Source: an uncultured Clostridia bacterium
Lineage (GTDB): Bacteria > Bacillota > Clostridia > Christensenellales > CAAEEZ01
Reading direction: 5' to 3'
DNA: 64,000 bases
Assembly: GCA_934365195.1 (NCBI GenBank)
Contig: CAKRNA010000003.1
Location: 115,805 to 179,804, forward strand
Shown here one piece after another: positions 60,308 to 64,000 of the stretch (positions are counted from its first letter, which is position 1; each line of letters opens with the position of its first letter). The position numbers and the translations under genes were made by a program. The notes under the pieces are model-generated. The model saw only the letters and a program-made list of their open reading frames with translations. It made no database searches and was not told where the DNA came from.

Positions 60308-61873
60308 TTACTTAGAATATTTTCTTTGGATTGTTCTAATGTTTTTGAATATTTTTCTATTTGCCTTGTAGATTTTGCTGTATACGTCCTCGTAAATTGC
60401 ATCGTACAACTTATGGTTTTCCATATTAGGTACGTACTCTTCTTTTACGTGCGACATAGCGGTGACAGCCTCTTTAAGACTCTTGAACTCGCCAACGCCC
60501 GTAAACGACGCCATAGCAGCGCCAAGAGCGGAAGTCTCGTAAGTTTGAACCTTTTGTACCGAAACGCCTAGTAAGTCCGCCATAATTTGACAAACAGCCC
60601 TAGAAGACGCTCCGCCACCGGATATCATCACCCTCTTGATTTTGTAATCCGCACGCTTTTCCATATTTTTCATACCGTTGTAAAGCGCAAAGCCGATACC
60701 CTCTACGATAGCCCTATAAATATGTATTCTAGTGTGGCAATCGCTAAAACCTATCATGCTACCCTTTGCCTCAGGCACGTGCACGCCGGCAGTCCAGTAA
60801 GGTTGAAGCACTAAGCCGTCGCAACCAACCGGAATTTCCAGCATTTTTTGGTCTAGAAGTTTTTCAGCGATAGTTCCTTGCTTTTCAGCCTCGTCAACCT
60901 CGATTTGACCGAATTGATTTTTGAACCAACTTATCATCCAGTATCCTCTAAAGATAAGCACCTCAGGGATATACTTTCCGTAGTAAATAGACGGGTAAGC
61001 AGGAAGATAAGGCATAGGCTCTATGTACTTATCGGTGGTAATCTCGATAGTTGCGGCAGTTCCCAAACTGATTGCGGCAACGTCGTTACCCTCGCAACCG
61101 ACAGCCAAGGTTTCGCACGCCTTGTCCGCTCCGCTTGCGATAATCGGTAAGCCTTCCTTTAATCCGGTAAGCCCCGCAATCTCTGTGTTTATTCTTGCCA
61201 TAAGTTCACACGGCTTGAATAATTTTTGGCACATTTTATCTTTTTTTGCCTCGAATATGCACGAGGTTACGGTGTGGTCGCCTTGCCAAGAACTATTTTT
61301 GTAATCAAACGGAACGTGACCTACTTGAGCGGTAGTTGCGTCCATAAGTTCGCCCGTTAATCTGTAATGCAAATAGGTTGATAGCATAACGAGTTTTTCG
61401 GTTTTTTCCCAAACCTCAGGCTCGTATTTTGCCACCCAGTTACATTTTGTTGCAGCGTATTGACTTGCCGCCATATCAAGCATACCAACAAGTTGGTACA
61501 ACTTTTTCATTGATTTTGGCAAGCACTCCTCAGGGTGATTTACTACCCTTTGATCAAGGTACAATATCATAGGTCTTAGCGGTTTGTTATCCTTGTCTAA
61601 AAAGATTATGGAATCACGGAAGGTATCGATACTCATAGCCACGATATCGTTCCAAAGTTCCCCCGCCTTTTCTTTACACAGGTTGGAAACCTCTTTAAAT
61701 TTTTCCCAGTAAAACTCAGGGTTTTGCTCGGCATACCCCGTCTTAGTCGAAAAGTAAGGCTCTTCAAACTCCAGTTTTACTTTACATCTGGTTTCACCCG
61801 TTTTGTCGAATAGAATCGCCCTGACACTTTGCGTGCCATAGTCGAAACTAATCGCTAATGGACCGTATTTCAT
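60308..61873 (-). CDS. FGGY-family carbohydrate kinase (substrate unknown)
   Basis: 521 aa. N-terminal ISFDYGTQSVRAILFD (DxGTxxxR phosphate-1 motif), and C-terminal ISGGGASSRAVCQIMADLLG with ETSALGAAMA. Confidence 0.85.
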   Translation of the reverse strand: MKYGPLAISFDYGTQSVRAILFDKTGETRCKVKLEFEEPYFSTKTGYAEQNPEFYWEKFKEVSNLCKEKAGELWNDIVAMSIDTFRDSIIFLDKDNKPLRPMILYLDQRVVNHPEECLPKSMKKLYQLVGMLDMAASQYAATKCNWVAKYEPEVWEKTEKLVMLSTYLHYRLTGELMDATTAQVGHVPFDYKNSSWQGDHTVTSCIFEAKKDKMCQKLFKPCELMARINTEIAGLTGLKEGLPIIASGADKACETLAVGCEGNDVAAISLGTAATIEITTDKYIEPMPYLPAYPSIYYGKYIPEVLIFRGYWMISWFKNQFGQIEVDEAEKQGTIAEKLLDQKMLEIPVGCDGLVLQPYWTAGVHVPEAKGSMIGFSDCHTRIHIYRAIVEGIGFALYNGMKNMEKRADYKIKRVMISGGGASSRAVCQIMADLLGVSVQKVQTYETSALGAAMASFTGVGEFKSLKEAVTAMSHVKEEYVPNMENHKLYDAIYEDVYSKIYKANRKIFKNIRTIQRKYSK

Positions 61874-61906
61874 AATTTTCTCCTAATTCCCCTTTTATCG
61901 ATTTTA

Positions 61907-63676
61907 TTACTTATCTAGCCACAACGTTCCACCCGGATTTAGAATATCGTTTGGATCGAAATGTTGTTTTAACGCTCTTAAAATATCCATTTGAACTTCG
62001 CCAAGCGACTCTGCGTTGTATTTTGCAAACAACTTGCCGATACCGTGGTGGTGCGACATTGAAGCGCCGGACTCTTGGATTGCTTGAAGAACGCCGCTGT
62101 GGAATTCTTGGAAGTCTTTTAGGTTAAGTGCTTTTTGCATCCAAATGAAGTACAAGTTAGCGCCGTTTAAGTAAGGGTGCGAAATGTGAGTGGTACATAC
62201 GGTGTTCGGATGAGATTTAACAAACTTTCTTACGTATTGATGAACGTGGTGTAAGTTATCCCAGTTTACAGCGCACTCCAAAGTATCGATAATTACGCCG
62301 TAGTCTTGGAAGTTATCTCTTAGGTACGGATCGCTAAATCTACCTGCAGACCACATATCTACTATCATCTTGTCGGTAACGCTACGAAGTGGCAACGAAA
62401 TACCGCCGTTTAATTTAGCGTACTTTCTAACGGTTTTGATAGCGGCTTGTTGATATTGACTAGCGCCGTCGGTAAAGCCTACCATAAAGCACATTTTTCC
62501 TAGTTCTAGTCCCTTAGCCTTTATATATGCCTTGAACCAGCCTTTGTTTGCAAGACCGTACATATTCATACCTAGTTCGGTTTCCTCAGCATCAGAGATA
62601 CGGAAGATAGAAGGAACGCCGCCCTCTGCTTGCATTACTTGACGCATACAATTTACGCCCTCTTCCCAAGTCTTGAAGAAGTAGAAGAACGGAAGGTGCT
62701 TTTCGCTTAGTCTGTGTAATTTTAACTCAACTTCGGTAAGAATACCGTAAGCGCCCTCGTTACCCATCATAAGTTGGTTGATATCCGGACCTGTTGCCTT
62801 TCTAAAAGTTCTCTCGGTGGTGAAGTTACCAACAGGGGTTACGTAAGTTTGGCTAAGTACCAAGTCCTCGATCTTGCCATAGTAAGCAGAGTTTTGTCCT
62901 GCGCCTCTGGTTACTACCCATCCGCCTACGGTTGAATACTCGAAAGATTGTGGGAAGTGTCCGAAGGTGTAAGCCTCGTGAGTTTCAAAGTTTTCAGGGT
63001 TGTTTAGGTATTTTTCAAGGTCAGTACCAAACAAGCCCGGTTGAACGGTAAGAGTAAGGTCAACCGGATTGAACTTCAAAATCTTGTTAAACCTCTTACG
63101 CATATCAAGAGTAACGTTTCTCTTTACCATAGGCTCTACACCACGGGTAACAGAAGAACCGCCGCTATAAATATAGATAGCGATTTTCTTTTCGTTACAA
63201 TATTTTACGATTTTCTCTATTTCTTTTTGGCTGCCCGGATATAACACTAAATCAGGAACGTTTTCTGCAATGCCGTCACGAAGCCTAATAAGGTCAATCA
63301 TAGTTTGACCGTAAGCAACGTCTAACCTTGCGTACTTATCGCTAGTGCCGTTTCCTTCCACAAAGTTAAGCAAGTCCTTAATCTCGTCTTTGGTCAAAGC
63401 GCAAGTATCTTCAAACTCAACCTTGCCGTCGCCAAAGTTTTTGTGCTCTTTGCAGTACTTCTCGTCAAAGTCCAAAACTTTTGACAAGTAATCGAACATA
63501 CCTTGACTAGGTACTTTAAATTCTTTTTGATTGCCCCATTTAAATATAGCACGGTACGAACCTTCCGGAGATTCTTTCATATACCAGTCCAAATTTACGC
63601 CGTTGGTGTAAGTTCTAGGATGTCCTGCGATAGGATCATCAACTGTTCTCCAAGGTCTTTCAGGATAGTTTGCCAT
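61907..63676 (-). CDS. FAD-linked oxidase of the alkyl-dihydroxyacetonephosphate synthase (AGPS)-like subfamily
   Basis: 589 aa. VAO/PCMH FAD-binding domain (PDLVLYPGSQKEIEKIVKYCNEKKIAIYIYSGGSSVTRG), GHFPQSFEYSTVGGWVVTRGAGQNS, YGKIEDLV and C-terminal SMSHHHGIGK (HHH at nt 62045-62053). It also has an N-terminal extension of about 140 aa, as in AGPS. Confidence 0.8.
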   Translation of the reverse strand: MANYPERPWRTVDDPIAGHPRTYTNGVNLDWYMKESPEGSYRAIFKWGNQKEFKVPSQGMFDYLSKVLDFDEKYCKEHKNFGDGKVEFEDTCALTKDEIKDLLNFVEGNGTSDKYARLDVAYGQTMIDLIRLRDGIAENVPDLVLYPGSQKEIEKIVKYCNEKKIAIYIYSGGSSVTRGVEPMVKRNVTLDMRKRFNKILKFNPVDLTLTVQPGLFGTDLEKYLNNPENFETHEAYTFGHFPQSFEYSTVGGWVVTRGAGQNSAYYGKIEDLVLSQTYVTPVGNFTTERTFRKATGPDINQLMMGNEGAYGILTEVELKLHRLSEKHLPFFYFFKTWEEGVNCMRQVMQAEGGVPSIFRISDAEETELGMNMYGLANKGWFKAYIKAKGLELGKMCFMVGFTDGASQYQQAAIKTVRKYAKLNGGISLPLRSVTDKMIVDMWSAGRFSDPYLRDNFQDYGVIIDTLECAVNWDNLHHVHQYVRKFVKSHPNTVCTTHISHPYLNGANLYFIWMQKALNLKDFQEFHSGVLQAIQESGASMSHHHGIGKLFAKYNAESLGEVQMDILRALKQHFDPNDILNPGGTLWLDK

Positions 63677-63737
63677 AATATAATCCTCCTAAGAAAAGTA
63701 TTTCTACTTTTAATTTAATTTTCTACTCAATAATTTA

Positions 63738-63765
63738 ATTTTACCAAATATTTTTTCAATGTCAA
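63738..63765 (-). promoter_or_regulatory. sigma-A-type promoter of the AGPS-like/FGGY operon
   Basis: The minus strand has TTGACA (63765-63760), a 16-nt spacer and an extended -10 TGGTAAAAT (63746-63738). A short inverted repeat, GGTCATTCGACC (63775-63786), sits just upstream of the -35. Confidence 0.6.
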
Positions 63766-63888
63766 TACCCTGTCGGTCATTCGACCAAATAAAAATCAAT
63801 TTTTTCATAAATTCGCTACTTTTATTATGAAAAATTAGAAAATTGACCTTAAAAACACCTCTTTTTTGGCGTAAAAACTCACTAAATA

Positions 63889-63920
63889 TAAAAAAAGCCC
63901 TAATTAGCGGGCTTATTTTT
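63889..63920. terminator. bidirectional hairpin near the window end
   Basis: A7-AAGCCC-TAATTAGC-GGGCTT-ATTTTT. It could terminate a minus-strand gene to the right of the window or insulate the operon promoter. Confidence 0.55.
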
Positions 63921-64000
63921 ACTTTTTAAATTTTTTATTAAATAATTATATTACATTATATTGACAACAAAATTCGACTTTTTTGTAGTTTATAATTTTA

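Noticed and set aside
63961-63996. TTGACA ... TATAAT pair at the right window edge as a promoter.
   Set aside because: The spacer is 24 nt, far outside the 16-18 nt range. Only the TATAAT might function, and the target gene lies outside the window.

Overview
This 64-kb window looks like core chromosome of a low-GC, fermentative, Bacillota-type anaerobe, not an accessory island. I support 49 protein-coding genes, 41 of them on the minus strand. I also support one large (Alu-domain) SRP RNA, one ZTP (pfl-motif) riboswitch, a tandem pair of NrdR boxes, several near-consensus sigma-A promoters and about 20 intrinsic terminators. I saw no rRNA, tRNA, CRISPR array, transposase, integrase or phage genes.

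Gene content, left to right:
- CNNM/CBS hemolysin-family protein (partial) and a MATE exporter
- ZTP riboswitch -> pflB-pflA-birA
- GPH symporter plus metallophosphoesterase
- PadR plus a membrane protein
- two iron-sulfur flavoproteins
- pgsA, a small ORF and valS
- NMT1-type ABC importer and a GH3 beta-glucosidase
- nine-gene Enterococcus-type (ntpFIKECGABD) V-ATPase operon, preceded by rpiB
- tsaC/sua5
- giant lipoprotein, thpR and a ZIP transporter
- corA and addBA
- several orphan lipoproteins and membrane proteins
- divIVA-domain protein, then galK-pncB and galT
- SRP RNA
- nrdG, plus nrdD with a TrxR-like gene
- an FGGY kinase with an AGPS-like flavoenzyme

The most interesting items:
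1. A class III ribonucleotide reductase carries a C-terminal CPNC thioredoxin-fold domain. It is co-transcribed with a thioredoxin-reductase homologue that has lost the NADPH-binding motifs, which suggests a ferredoxin/thiol rather than formate electron supply.
2. An uncharacterised AGPS-like (HHH-loop) flavoenzyme is paired with an FGGY kinase.
3. An unexplained 3 x 42-bp tandem repeat lies upstream of an orphan ORF.
4. A 9-bp stem abuts the corA start codon and occludes part of the SD and the SD-start spacer.
5. The V-ATPase rotor subunit keeps the Na+-binding residues.

CDS coordinates come from the supplied ORF track. Where an SD or promoter shows the track start is an upstream artefact, I corrected the start. 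All RNA, promoter and terminator coordinates were found by eye and may be off by 2-3 nt. No database search or folding computation was run.
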